This document shows, piece after piece, positions 11,759-25,031 of a DNA stretch of 64,000 bases (positions are counted from its first letter, which is position 1; each line of letters opens with the position of its first letter). The stretch comes from Callorhinchus milii (lineage: Eukaryota), in assembly GCF_018977255.1 (NCBI RefSeq), contig NW_024704743.1:77502001-77566000 (forward strand). Reading direction: 5' to 3'. The notes under the pieces were generated by a model. The model searched no databases. It worked only from the letters and a program-made list of their open reading frames with translations, and was not told the DNA's origin. The translations under genes were made by a program, and so were the position numbers.

Positions 11759-11998
11759 AAAGTGCTGTCCATGATGGGGTAATTACAGTGAACGATGTAC
11801 CTTTGCAACAGCACTGCTGTGTCTGAATATATACAGTATAAATAAATACAAATACCTTGATTGCACATGGAGATTGGTATTAGCCAAGCTCCATGTGCAA
11901 TTAACTTCTATCTTTTGACGTGTGAATGACTTAGATGTGGTCTAAACGCACACAGAAGTTGTTTCATCTAACACTGATTTGTGTGCATTTCTTCGCAG

Positions 11999-12162
11999 CG
12001 TCTGTCTTACAGTGCAGAGAGTCCAATAGCAGATGTGGCCAAGCTTTATTGGCTGTTTTACAGAACAGAGCATTCTGGAATCGCTGGCATCCTGATTACT
12101 GTCTTCCTTTACATTGTGCTTTTCATTTGTTCCCTCACAATACTCTATATATATTACTTAAG
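11999..12162 (+). CDS. OFCC1: OFCC1/ojoplano internal coding exon
   Basis: Acceptor tttcttcgcag at 11998, donor gtaaga at 12163; 164 nt, phase 0 to 2. Reads RLSYSAESPIADVAKLYWLFYRTEHSGIAGILITVFLYIVLFICSLTILYIYYL(R), fourth hydrophobic helix. Confidence 0.9.
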
Positions 12163-15100
12163 GTAAGAATACATCATTGATGTTTGTTGCGGGGTTAAGG
12201 AAAGGAGGGATTGAGCGGTGATCATTTCATTATTTGTTTTGAATTAATTCACATTTCCTCCCATACTTATTATGTCATGTGGTTTAAAGCAGCTCGGAGG
12301 ATTGGGAGAGTGGGCTGTAAGTTGACTATGTACCTTCAGAACCTTATGATGCTATTTATAGGACATCACTAGACACCACTGTGTCTCACTTCACAGAAAC
12401 ATTGATGTATGTCAAAGGGTTGGCAATTTGTTTTAAAAATCCTGAGGCATTGATGGGATAATTTGCTAATATATCAACATGGATTGATATTTCTGCAGCC
12501 TACACTTTGACAGAAGGTTGGGTTTACACGGGAGGTGAGAAGTCTGTCAAAGTGACTCCACTCTCTTAGCTGTAAGGCTGCCCAGTCTATAAAGCTGGCT
12601 TCTAATAATGACATTTTTTTACTCCTTTTCTTTATTTGTCACTCCGTTGGCATCTTGATGTTATTAACTCTCTCTGATCCTTTCCTGACTTTTGGCTCCC
12701 TTGTTCCATTTCCTTTATCCCCCCTCTGCCTTTTCAGTGTATTTTCCCAGTCTCATTGCCCCTCTCAAATGTTAAGGATATCCTTTCTTAATTCTGTGGT
12801 GTTAACTTTGGGGCTGAATGAGTTAAAAAAAACTGTAAGACTAAACAACTGAACTGATGAGACCAAAAATAAAAGTGGACATTTTTAGATGCCTAACCCA
12901 CAGGAACATTTTCTGTTTAGGAAAGAATGGAAAGAGAGGCAAACAGCCAATCTGGATTCAATATGACTGGAAATGTATCTTTATCCAGTCAATCTGAGGC
13001 ATCCTGAGGCATCACATTCTCTTAAACCATGGATATGATAATTAGACCAAGGTCAGAAAATGTAGTCCTTTTGTATCATTAACAATCTGTCTTCATTGGT
13101 GGGTATCGGACTGAGCAACCCCACCCACCCCCAACTTGGGTTGGAGCTCCATGCTGACACGACTGACTATTTTTAAGCTAACAAAAATGTTGGAGCCTTT
13201 GTCCATGGTGCAATAATGCCTTTTAACACACTATCTTAATTTCAAAACAGGATGTAGTGAATCAGATTTGAATTGCTGTCACCATGCCTGAGAAGAATTT
13301 GGGGCCTCTCATCACCTGCTCCAGGTGATTTCCTACCCCCTCCACCAATCTCTAAAGTCAATTGGAGAGTCCTGATGTTCTGCTGCCTTTGCTGAGTCAC
13401 TACAGACTGGGAATCATATCTATGACATCTGTATTGCATTATGCTACACAGGTGGTGTCTTTACTCGGCAGACCATCAGTGTAGTTCTAAACTGCTAAAT
13501 GCTTAATATTCGAAGCGCTAGCTGACTAGCTGTTTTTCCCATGAGTGTGTATCTCTGCATTGTGATAGTGACTGCTTATTTTGATGCCCAGATGTCGCAC
13601 CTGAGGCAGATGTATGCTGCTGGTTTGGTGTTCATTCTGCAATTGGGGAAAACAAACAGTATCATGGGTTAGTGGCATCAAAGGCATGTTGTTTGCTAAC
13701 ACTAAACTTTACACAAGTGAATGGGAAATCTCATTAGGAGCAATGTGAGTCACACCATGGTGTTTCAACCTTGTACATAAGGAAACCAGGAAGACCAGAG
13801 GTTCAAAATGTACTCATTCAGTCAGGACTTCATGTCGAGAAATGCCTTTCTTTTTATGTGGACTACCATATTTGAGGAGTAGTATCCCAAATGGCTATCC
13901 TTGTTATAGGTTGTCTTTTTGTTATATTTTTCATGCCAAAACATAATATGTGCCATTAATGATAAACTGCAAATAGACATTGTTTAAATTCCACTCCAGA
14001 CCCAAAATGTCATCCATTCTTTTATTCTTAGACCTCTTAAATCCATTCTATAATAGTGGTGAAGAATTGTCTAAAACTCTTATTAAATTCTGTGTTAATT
14101 TGGAAGCTGATTTTCTGAAACAGCTTTACAAATTGAGATAGGATTTAAGAATTGTTAACAATTCTGCGCCACCCTAAATTTTACATAGTCCAACATGTTA
14201 AGACTTGGTGGATTTTCAGGACCTTGTATGGTTAAAATTAAAATATTGAGACAATTATATACTAATTATATACTAAGAATGTGTGCAACAGAGCCTGTGG
14301 AACTACATCGCGATGGAAGGAAAAATAATAATTTTGCAGAGGCTCCAAATTCAGATACAGAATAAAATTTTCTGGGCCAGGGAGAGCACAGATCTTGCCT
14401 CTCTTCTAAGCAACCAGATTCGAAATTAACTATAACAACAACAAATTGCATTGATATAGTGCTTCTCACGCAGTGTATCATCTCAGAATTATTAACCCAA
14501 ACAATAAATACTTACCAATCTCTAAAAGCAAAAAAAATCAATCTCTCGTCTGCCACTTTGAGAACTGGAGATCCAGTTTGGTAATTCGCTAGACAAATGT
14601 AATGTTTTGTTGTTGTTGTTGTGGAGTACTCAAGATATAGGCTGGGTGCAAGCGGAAACGGAAGAGGGGCAGAGGGATGGAGGCAGACGTGCAGGGTAAT
14701 GGGGGACAAGACAAAGTCGTTGCCACTCAGTGCTGTACCATGCCAGATTTAGTGTGAATCTAGTAATGTTGTTCTACATTAAATACTGCAAATTATGCCA
14801 TTATTTAATTCCGTTTGTAAAATGATTGGTCGCTAAAGATTTGAAATATAGATTGTTTCACTCATAATTAATATTAATTTTAATCAGTTACTCTAGGGAA
14901 GGCATTGAATACAGGCAATCACCTCTTGTTTATGAAGTACATTAGTTTCTGATGTGGCCCAGGCACTGGATGTACTTAGATCAGATAAAGCATTGTAAGA
15001 TAGTCTTGATGCTGTACAAAGATTGCAAAATGGGATATCTAACACATGAATTAAATGAATAGTTCTTAAACAAATATTTTTCTGTCATTTCCCAGTTTGA

Positions 15101-16165
15101 TCCACTGTTATTTACTATTGATATGATCAAAAAATTATAAAGGCAGCTTAAATGGCATCTGTAAATGGCTACCTATGGTAGTTTTAGATTACCGTGTTCG
15201 CTTGAGCTTACTCCTAAAGTGGTTTCATGTGTCAGCCCCTGAGAATTAGATAGCTGATCCAGCAAAAAACTCCTTAACCCTGCATTGCCCACCTGCATAC
15301 TCAACAAACAACAACAAAATTATGTTTATAGAGCACCTTTCATGTCAGGAGGACGTCCCAAGGCACTTGGGAACTCACCAACAGACGGTGGAAAAAGCAA
15401 GCAGAGTGATGAGTGTGGAGGGTTAAAAAAAAACAAAAAAAGTCTGAAACATTAGACAGAGGCATGGAATACCTCTGGGCTTCAGGGTTTGAATCTATAC
15501 CTTTCGTGTCCTTTTAATATCAGTCTCAGGCAGTATAGCTGAACCCAGTCATCTAACCATTAATATCAATAGCACCCAGTTGCTGCATAATATCTGGTTT
15601 AACTAAGTGACCGATATTAAAACATGAGCCAAAAATAATGGTTTCTGCCACTCACAGTGCAGTGAATTGTTGCAAATGTAGGGCACTGAGCTGAAGCGTC
15701 TTGGCTTCAGAGACTGCAGCTTCCATTGGCTGTTGGTGCAACTTGTGACATAGCGTATGACCTATTTCCCGAAAATGCTTCAGGCAATATACAGAGATGG
15801 GCTGTGCTGTTATCCCTGTTTTAATTACATATTAAAGAGGTACAATCTTTTTGCAATGCTTTCTTTTAAAGAAAAATGAAATAATGCTTTTGATTTAATA
15901 ATCATACTTCAGAAACAAAGCAATATTAAAGGCCACATAGGTTTTCAGGGATCCACCATATGAGATAATAGCTGGCTGATTAGAATTCCTCTCTTTGTAG
16001 TGTATATAATGTACGGTTACTGGTATAATGTCAAGATATTCTGGGAGCCTTGAGGAATGCGAGGCTTGGGGTGGAAGTGTATTCTACTCATTAGTGTGTA
16101 TAATGCTCTATTACATGTGAGGCTGTGAAAGGAATAACTTTTAACATATCTGTGTTACTTTAAAG

Positions 16166-16325
16166 GCTGCACAATGATGGTCCCTTGCTAGATTTCTTCC
16201 ATCGCCTCCTCAGCAGTGAGGATCATTTTTTGGTACCATTAGATCTGGAGGTGTCCAATCAGGAGCTAAGCTACATAGCCAAAAAGGCAGAGCAATGGAG
16301 GGGCATTAATGGTGAGAGAAGGAAG
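16166..16325 (+). CDS. OFCC1: OFCC1/ojoplano internal coding exon
   Basis: Acceptor ttactttaaag at 16165, donor gtgagt at 16326; 160 nt, phase 2 to 0. Reads LHNDGPLLDFFHRLLSSEDHFLVPLDLEVSNQELSYIAKKAEQWRGINGERRK. Not in the ORF track. Confidence 0.9.
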
Positions 16326-19300
16326 GTGAGTAGACACGGAAGTGAGCTGCATTGAGGATAATTTTAGATAAGAGCAAATAAAGTACAGTGATAGGTAAAA
16401 TGATGACTTACTTTGTACTTCGCAAATAATTATATCATTCTTTAAAAAATAAAAATGTTCATATCTTAATAAAAGAGAATTAAGCACTTTGACTTTGGAC
16501 TCTAATAAGGATGTATGCTTTTATTTCTAATCAGTCATGCACTTAATACAGTGCTAACTGTAACTTTGTTTTTGAGATTTAGGCAGATGTTCCCTATCCT
16601 CACAGCTGCATGTGGGTGTTTGTGTATGAGTGTGAATGCTTTTTGAAGTTCACTGCACAGTCATACAGACATAGTGATTCGTACTGTCGTGTCATTCATA
16701 GTGATTCATATTGTGCATTATTGTAGTGTTGTGATCTAGTGTGCACCACACTAAAAACTCCTTATTTGTTACATTTTCTCAATTTGGAAATTATTGAGAT
16801 AAGCATACTTTCATGTATGACATAATGCAGATTACTTTCCAATTTAGCACTGAACCAAATCAGAACCAATGTCTCTCAAAGTTATAATCAGGCACACAAG
16901 AGAGAAATGTAACATTAAAGAATTGGAGTGTAATGATAATTATCTTGTCAATAAGATTGGATCTCCATCAATAGTCATGTTCTGTTATGCAAGGATGAAC
17001 TAAGTGTTTTGTTTTTTTAATTCCTTTTCCATTCAACTAACAGTGCTCTCCCCACTCAGTTTGTCAGGTATTGGAGTGTGAGGTCATCTTTGAGACTCAG
17101 GGCTACTGTTCTCCCTTGCTTGTCTAAATAACAGCATGATTCTCTCCATATTTTAGTGACATCTGGGATTCTCACTTACACCTATAGTAAGATGGGAATG
17201 CTATAAGGTGCCTCTGAAAGAGCATATCTGATCTCATCATTTGATGTGACATATCTGCTGATTTAGCAGTGAAAATATCCTTCCTTTCAGCAGAATATAT
17301 AAAAAGGGAGAAAACAATTTCACTGAACTATAGTGAAAGGTTAACTTTCACATAAGTGAAAACAGAATAAAATGCACATTTTCAAATGCTGGCTTCTGAA
17401 GTGTCCTGGGTTTGTACCTAGCAAAGTTAATTGTTAACCAGTTTGAATGGCCTCTTAGCAGTTAAATGATTTGGCCAGTTATTTCTGTAACTTTTTTAAA
17501 GTTTCAGAATATTTGGGTCTCCCATATAATTAATGATCAGAATCCTACAATTAAATATCACCTATACAATAAACTAATAAAACAGAGCAAGTGATTCCTA
17601 TGCAATTCGGCAGAGGATGCAGTCAGTTCAAGCAGTTTTTTGAGGTAAACGATTACACATAATCAGAGATTAAACAACTAAGCAAGCCTAGAAGTAAAGA
17701 CAGTAGAGGATTAGGGTTAGCAGGTATGAATCCCAGAGCTGCCTGTAACTGTTTGAAAGTTGATATTGTCAAGTCTTAGCTGAGCTTTTGGATGCAAAAC
17801 CTTGGTATAAGATATAAGCCCATTGCGAAAGGTGCAGAAATTTGACAGGCTTTTTCCCCTTTTTCCTTTGCCTTAAAATGTTAAGACCTTGTAGAACTGT
17901 GGAAAATGGTGAAACCCAGTCTTAATTTGGGAGGTGGTGCCTTTACGAACTGTGTTTTTCAAATCAAGGCTGAAGTAAAAAATTTTCCACAATTCTGCCC
18001 AGTCTAGGTTTTAAGACAAAATAGCTCACCAGCTAAGACTGGATAAGATTTGGGGCCCCAAAAGTGCACTTTCTAACAATTGATCAAGGAATAAGATTGC
18101 TGCTACGGCAATGTACACTGCATTGCCACGCTACCTGACAGAGGTCGTTTAGCAGACAGCACCTCTCTGAAACAAACCGGGCAAAGATAGCGAAAACAAA
18201 ACAAAAAGACGTAAAAAATACCCACTTGTTTTTAGATTTGTCTCATACAAAATGTACTAAAAAAAAGCAGAGAGATGTATAACGATTAGAAGAGTAGTTC
18301 ATTCAGCGGAGTCTGTTTAATAATGAATCCATAGTTACACAAGGCCATTTAAGAATTACTTCCGTTTTGATTATAAAAAGACCTGTGATCCTATATTCAA
18401 ATTAAACTTGCATTAAGAATGGAGCAGGTTTAAAGTTGTACAGCATTTATTTTCAAGGAAACAAAATGAAAGATATTAAAGCCAAAATATAGCTTTTTAT
18501 TTTGCCAACATGCCCTGGGGACCTGTGGCCTATCCTTTAAAAGAGCTACACAGGATTCATTTATGGTTGGTACACGTTTCGGAAACAAATGTAAGACAAA
18601 GACGAAACAGAATTTGCATTGAATTTTTACAGTCTTTTATTGGATTGAATTGATTTGATTGAGGGCATAAATTATGCAGGGAGTTACTTTGGAAAAGGTT
18701 TCCTAATAATTTTTTTGGGTGCTGATGGGACAATAAATGCTGCCTTGTAGCCATAAATGTTTCAGCTCTTTACTTATAAAATCCCCTGTATTTAATATTG
18801 GTAGTGGTGGGGCAGGGGAGAGAGAAAGAAAAAGAAATGACCCATTTCATAGCATACTTCATCTTAGCTGTAATTTTCAACGATTTGACTGTTAAAATGT
18901 ATTAGAATTTAAATACTTTTGGCATTATGATGAAAATGCAATTTTATTTCAACTTCAGTCTCCCCCTCACCACCCCCTCACAAGATCGAAATACACCATT
19001 GTTCATTTGGCCACAGAGTCTTGTGATCTTTTTCTAATTGTTTTAGCCATTTTTTTTTGCCAGAGAAAAGGTCACTTTCTCGAGTCAACCAAGTCATCTT
19101 CCTATTAAACTAATTTGCCTACATGCAAATTTTGTCATTTTTACCTCATTAACTATTTATCACAGAGTAAAAAAAATTTATATTCATGAAGGAGCGGCTA
19201 GCAGCTTGATAGAGCTGGAACTAATATTTTGCAACTGTAATGATTTTTGCATCCTTAATTAGGTGGAATAAGGTTGATATGATTAGGTCAAGATGTAGTA

Positions 19301-20276
19301 TTTTTCATTAAAAATACATTTCAGACACTGTATTCATAATATGTCCTTGCAATTAAAATAAAGGAACAAATGGAATTGTATTATGGTTTTGGATTGATAA
19401 TCTGAGCAAGAATTTATATTTATTGTTTGCATTCTCAACCGGAGAAACCTGTCTCAGCACAATCCAGGTGTGGTGAAGGGTATCTTTTTACCTGAAATAA
19501 AACTATCAATTCACGCTTGTAATGAACACATTAATTATTTAAATGCACTGATGCCGATGGAGCTAATTAATTGCCTCATGTCATCCTTCTGATTATTGTA
19601 CCCAGAAACAAGCCAGTGCAGAAAGTTAAACTCTACAGCGCTTTAGTAGGTATGCAAACTGTTTTTATCTGAATATTTGGACAGTGATGGAAAAGCTGTG
19701 TGGTTATCTGCAATTTTCATAGTAATTCATACGAGGCTTTCCTGACATGTGTTAATAGCACTTGATTGCCCTCAAGATGTTTTCACAACAGAAATCTGCA
19801 AGTGCCACATCAAAGTTTGCTCAGCCAAATAGTTTTTTTNCACATCTAGATAATTTGTGACCACAGGCACACAAAAATTCCAAAGTGGTTTGCAGCTATT
19901 CTTTTGGACAAATCTGTCATCAGTTAGATGGCACAGATTGGCTCTCTAATGAAGAGTAAGTACTCATGCTTCTTGTCATTCTTAAGCAAGCAATTCTTCT
20001 TGGTGATTCGAAGCTGGCATTGTACTTCTATTTGTCTCATCCACTGTAATCTGTCTCACAGCAGAATCGTACCCGTACACATAAAGACTTTCTTTTTACG
20101 TTGTGTGGAGTCACATTCAAATAGGAATACGAACATTTAACTATCACGGTTTCTTGATGCTTCACCCAAGAGACACTGGGCCTAATGGCTTAGATATAGT
20201 ATTTGTTTTAATTAGAACGTATAGTGCTTGAATACATTATTCCCTTTGAGAAAACCATTTTTTATGTCACGTTATA

Positions 20277-20424
20277 CAGTGAAACCTGCCTCTTAAGAGC
20301 CCCTTTGGGACTTCCATCAGATAACCTCATAATACAGAATCAAGTCTGAGTAATCTTTATTGTCCAAGCTCTTGAAATTGCATTGGTCGCAACAGGCAGG
20401 TAGCCTTTTGAGGCAGGTTGTCAT
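20277..20424. mobile_element. Possible degenerate pogo/Tigger-like MITE
   Basis: Left end TA-CAGTGAAACCTGCCTC; right end GAGGCAGGTT is the reverse complement of AACCTGCCTC; the outer part of the right TIR is decayed. Confidence 0.45.
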
Positions 20425-22610
20425 AAATATCTCAGGTTATTGATATACATATTCATAATGCTTGTGTTTTATTTAAGAGGAAGGTTATGTTGTGTGGCAT
20501 CGCTTTCAAAAACACTTGAGGACGAGCTTTGTGCTGTGTATAGAAATGTGACTCTTCCTCAAGTTAATCTGTTTTCTTTTGTTTACTTAACAATGTTTTG
20601 AACTTCAGGATAGGAATCAGCAAAATTAACTATGTTACATGAGGCTGCATTTTAGCAGTTTTATAAAGACAGACAACAAAAGATGCAGCTTCACAGTCTG
20701 TTTGCAGCTTTCAGTTTGACATTAAATTGAATATCGGGCATTTCAACAGCAGATACACCTTCCCCGCTGTAAAAGCAGATTTAGTTGTCAAAACACTTAA
20801 CACTGAGAGCAATAATAAAATGTGTAGTAAAGAATCCTCCCCCCCCCACCTAGTAGATAATTGGGACTGCAGTATTAGCACTCAGGCTATGTTAATTTAG
20901 TATAAAGCAGAAAAACAAATGAATCGAATTAGTGATTGAAGACATTATGTTTGAAAGCCTAATGGGGTAACAGTGTAAAACGGTTTGTCTACAAAATACA
21001 CTGTTACTACACTTTAATAGAAGGCATTGCACCTTACAGTAAATCCTGTGATACATTGAAACCTTTTAATGACGTGATAAAGCACTGTATCAAATGCAAG
21101 GATTATTATTATTGTAGTACATTCTGTGAAGCTCTTTGAGAATCCTCCCAATGTGAAAGGCGCTAGCTACATCAAATGTAAGAATGATTTATTTATTAAC
21201 TGCTCCATGCTTCTTTCTGAGCGATAGGCAATTGTGAACAGCAATTTGTCTTGTTTATAAGTGTGAAACATACTCATTGGTATTTATTCTTTTTGTTGAC
21301 CACTTTTACTTGATGTTGATGCGGTGTTACACCTGATGAGCATAGCCCCAGCGATGCTATTTTGGTCACACGGCCTACTTGGCTGTGTGCATGGAAATGT
21401 TATTTTCTTATGCATTTCCCATAACTCATTTTTGATCAACAGGCTTCAAGCGAATGCTTATTTTTAACAGAAAATAATGAACCATGAGAACCAGCAGCTG
21501 AACAGACTTTCAAAATGTGTTGCGTTTGAAATGTACCTAGTGATGGTACCTAGTGATGCCTGGATAATATTTGCTAGTTTTCTCAGAATGGCATTGGCGT
21601 TCTCACAAAATCAGAACTGAAATCTCCTAAGTGTTGCTGTGGCTGTTTTCATTTTCAGCGTACAAATGATTAGGTATGTATGACTGTGCTTTATTTTGAC
21701 ATAGCGCCTGGTGCCCTTCAGAAATGTTCTCCTTATCAGCCGTTAGTTTGTGGCCTTGACATACCAAGTTTAATTTACCCCTATTCGTTTGAGACCTAAG
21801 TTGCTCTTATCACAGGGAGAATCCTCCAAAGTCACATTTCACAAACAGGCAACACCCTGTCCATTGTCTCATTTCAGCAGCGAATTTCACAAGAGTCCAC
21901 TTTTCCTTACAATGAAATTGTAGCAAAGGGCAGGAACAGGACAGAGGAAGGGGAACAGTGAGATTCTAAAGCTTGTCTGTAATGCACACATTGTTATGAA
22001 GTACATTTAAGGAGGCTGACAGGGGTCAGAAACCTTGGATTAGCTGCAACATTTAGAGTGGGTGAAGTCTGCTGTCCATCTTGACGGCCAGACCGTTCTG
22101 TTAGAATGACACATAAATAACCTATTATGTCCCCCACCCATGGAAATTCAAATGCACCTGTCAAATTGATAAAGCACTAGCCCAGAGGGAAGCATTGTTT
22201 ACATTTTCACTCTCGTCTTCTGAAAAGTGAGATCCTAATTATTTTTCCACTGAAAATTAATGCCGGGTGTGATTGAAGTGTAAAAGAAAACAAACGGTGA
22301 GTCATTCATAACTGGCAATAAATGTGTTGCAGATTGGGATTTTTTTTGTGCGTGTGTTTTAATGAGACTTGTAACGTTTACTATACAGAGTCATTACTTT
22401 CTAATGTGTACCATCCAGTTCATTGACTGCTACAATGAAAACGGTTAAAGCAAGGAAACTGATAACACCGGTGTGGAGGGCGCTATATAAATGCAAGTTG
22501 TTGTTGTTGATAACAGGGGTGAAAACACAATATTCGAAACAAGAAGTTACAAACAAACCCACAATGGCCACTCCACTCCACAATCTAACTTACCTTACAT
22601 GCAACAACAT

Positions 22611-22935
22611 AGGTGTCAGCTTGGCTCAGTTGGTAGCACTTGCATCTCTGAGTCAGAAGGTTGTGAGTTCAAGCCCCACGTTGGGTTTTTGTGCTCATAG
22701 ACTTGCGGAGGGCACTATATAAATGCAAGTTGTTGATAACAGGAGTGAAAACACAATATTTGGAACAGGAAGTTACAAACAAACCCACAATGGCCACTCC
22801 ACTCCACAGCCCTTATAGACACTCCAATGCAGTTCTAGGAAAGCACTGATATGTCGCCTTTTGAATTAGACTTTACGCAGAGGTCCCATCTGTCTGTTCA
22901 TGTGATCTTTTAAAAATCCAATAGCACAATTTAAG
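22611..22935 (+). mobile_element. Old Deu-domain SINE interrupted by a local duplication
   Basis: Head ggtgtcagcttggctcagttggtagcac...gaaggttgtgagttcaagcccc; body resumes at ~22820 (actccaatgcag...gaggtcccatctgtctgttca). Confidence 0.75.
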
Positions 22936-22997
22936 AGCTCTGAGATGCTACCTCGTGAAGGGCGCTAAATAAATATAAGTTGTTATATTAATGTTAC

Positions 22998-23235
22998 AGA
23001 CAACAACTTGTATTTCAATAGCGCCAAATTCCTCCTCGAGGCTAACAACTTTACAGTGACAAGGTTGGACGGGGCTGCAGGAAGCAGGAGAAAGAGAAAG
23101 GTGACCATCGATGCGGTTTTAAGATTTTAAAGTGGACTTGAAGGTAGATAGAGACAGAGGGGTAGAGGGAGGAAATTCCAGAGGTTAGGGTTGTAGCTTC
23201 TGAAAGCTCAGCTACCAATGGTGGAGCAGACTGTG
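22998..23235 (-). mobile_element. Degraded L2 LINE 3' end
   Basis: caacaacttgtatttcaatagcgcc tail and ggaaattccagaggttaggg...ccaatggtggagc body. Confidence 0.65.
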
Positions 23236-23433
23236 TAGTGTACAGCACATTCACACGCATGGATACATTTACATATTCAGTATATATTTCACATTGATAT
23301 AACATGCAAACGACTATGCTGAGATATATAGATCTAAAATATTTGTATCTTTTGTTTTTCAGTTTGCCTCACAACTTCCTGAATACAGATGCAACACAAA
23401 AATCAGAGCATTTCTCGCTGCATATATCAACAT

Positions 23434-23620
23434 TCACACACACACAGATACCACCCCCGCCGCCCACACACACACAAGCAGAGACAGAGAGAGAGACACA
23501 CACACTTACACACACAAACAGAGGCAGAGAGAGAGAAAGACACACACACATACACAAACAGGCTGAGAGAGACACACACACAAACAGAGGCTAAGAGAGA
23601 GCACACAAAGACAGACAAAA
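23434..23620. repeat. Compound CA/GA microsatellite with ~35-40 bp higher-order unit
   Basis: About four units of cacacacac-aaacagaggc-agagagaga; accounts for the spurious ORFs at 23304-23910. Confidence 0.9.
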
Positions 23621-24179
23621 AATTCACTTCCCTCCAGACTTTCAATGAAATCACATTGCGTTCCTGCAGTCTTCTTCCTCCCTCCACCACCTGTAGCATT
23701 GACAATAGCTTCAGGGAATCCACACCACATCTGGATTTTGGACTGGGCGTGATATATCTGCGCCAAGACATTTTTATTCAACTATTTAGTTCAAGCTCAC
23801 CATACATACTTAGATACAACTCTTTGTCACGTAGATTATTATATTTGTCACTCTTCATTGTGGGTCTGCATTTCTTTTCCCGAACCATGGAAAACCAGCT
23901 TCCAAATTGAGACAAAGTTTAAGAGCTTTCCACAATTATGGCACAATCTTCATTGTGAAGACAAAATGGTCCCAAAATAGGTAGTATTTGGGAACATTAA
24001 TTATTGCAAAGTTCTCTTAGAAACCAGTCACTGAAGTGGCAGAATACCTGTTTGGGCAGTAGCTAGTGATTTGAGTCTCTTTGTTTGGCTTCTTTCTCTG
24101 CCTATGTGTAACTTTCTGGAGTAACGTTTCATGGACACCAGTAGTCCAGTGGTACCTTCTGCACATATACGTTCTTCAG

Positions 24180-24710
24180 ACATCAACTTGGCTCAGCTGT
24201 TGACACACTCACCCTGGATCAGAAGGTTTCCTAATAATGCGACTTTGAGCTCCTAGTCTAAGATGACTCTAATGCAGAACTAGGGGAGCACTGCATTGTA
24301 GATGTGATACATCAAACAATGATCCCATCTGACTGTTCAATTGGGTGTTAAAGATATCATGGCAAGATTATCTCCCAGTGTCCTAGCCAGCAATCCTCCA
24401 GAAAAATTGGTCATTCAGTTCATGGGTATTATGAGATATTGCTGTACACAAACTGGCTGGCGTGTTTACCTGAAATGCACAGTCATTACACTGTGAAGCA
24501 TAGAATCTTAGAATTATACAGCACAGAAGGAGGCCATTTGGCCCATTGTGTCTCTGCCGGCTCTTTTCAAAGAGCCATTCAAATCAATCCCACTCCCCCG
24601 CTTTCTCCCCGTAGCCCTGCAAACTTGTCCTCCCCACATAATTATCTAGCACTTTGAGACATTTCAACATTATTGTAGGTGCTACATCAAATGCAAGGAT
24701 TATTTATCAT
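24180..24710 (+). mobile_element. Old Deu-domain SINE with nested CR1 3' fragment (minus, ~24500-24647)
   Basis: SINE head at ~24180 and Deu body; tail split at gtgaagca|...|agcactttgagac by tagaatcttagaattatacagcacagaaggaggccatttggccc (reverse of a CR1 3' end); agca on both sides. Confidence 0.75.
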
Positions 24711-24879
24711 TCTTGTACGTGACTGGACAGACCATTTGTGGGCAGTCTGTTTGATCGTAGAACGCATCGCAATTATTTTCATCCACACACACAACCACAC
24801 ATACGTTTGTGCACTTTGCAGCAGGGTTCACTGGATAGAGATCAGAAGTGGTATCTTTTGGTGATCTTTTTTCTCATTG

Positions 24880-25031
24880 ACTAGCCTGGGTGGTAATGTT
24901 GATTATAGTGCCTTCACTGCTCCTCTAGCTGAGGTCAGTTAACTCAGCATAGAGCAAGAATTGAAGCTGTGATTCTTCATGGCTAGGGGCTATACTGGGT
25001 GGTGCCTTTATCTACCAGGCCATCGGGGAGT
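24880..25031 (-). mobile_element. Ancient tRNA-derived SINE remnant, second family
   Basis: gctgaggtcagttaactcagcatagagcaagaattgaa...ggtggtgcctttatctaccaggccatcgggg; related diverged copies at ~13290-13480, 54660-54895 and 62780-63020. Family name uncertain. Confidence 0.5.

Noticed and set aside
12013..12162. Alternative acceptor tcttacag|tgcagag for the third exon
   Set aside because: Phase does not match the phase-0 donor at 7806; the acceptor at 11998 does.
19840..19840. Single N base
   Set aside because: Assembly ambiguity at the end of a T-run, not biology.
23304..23910. Stack of ORFs on both strands up to 173 aa
   Set aside because: Low-complexity CA/GA repeat lacking stop codons.
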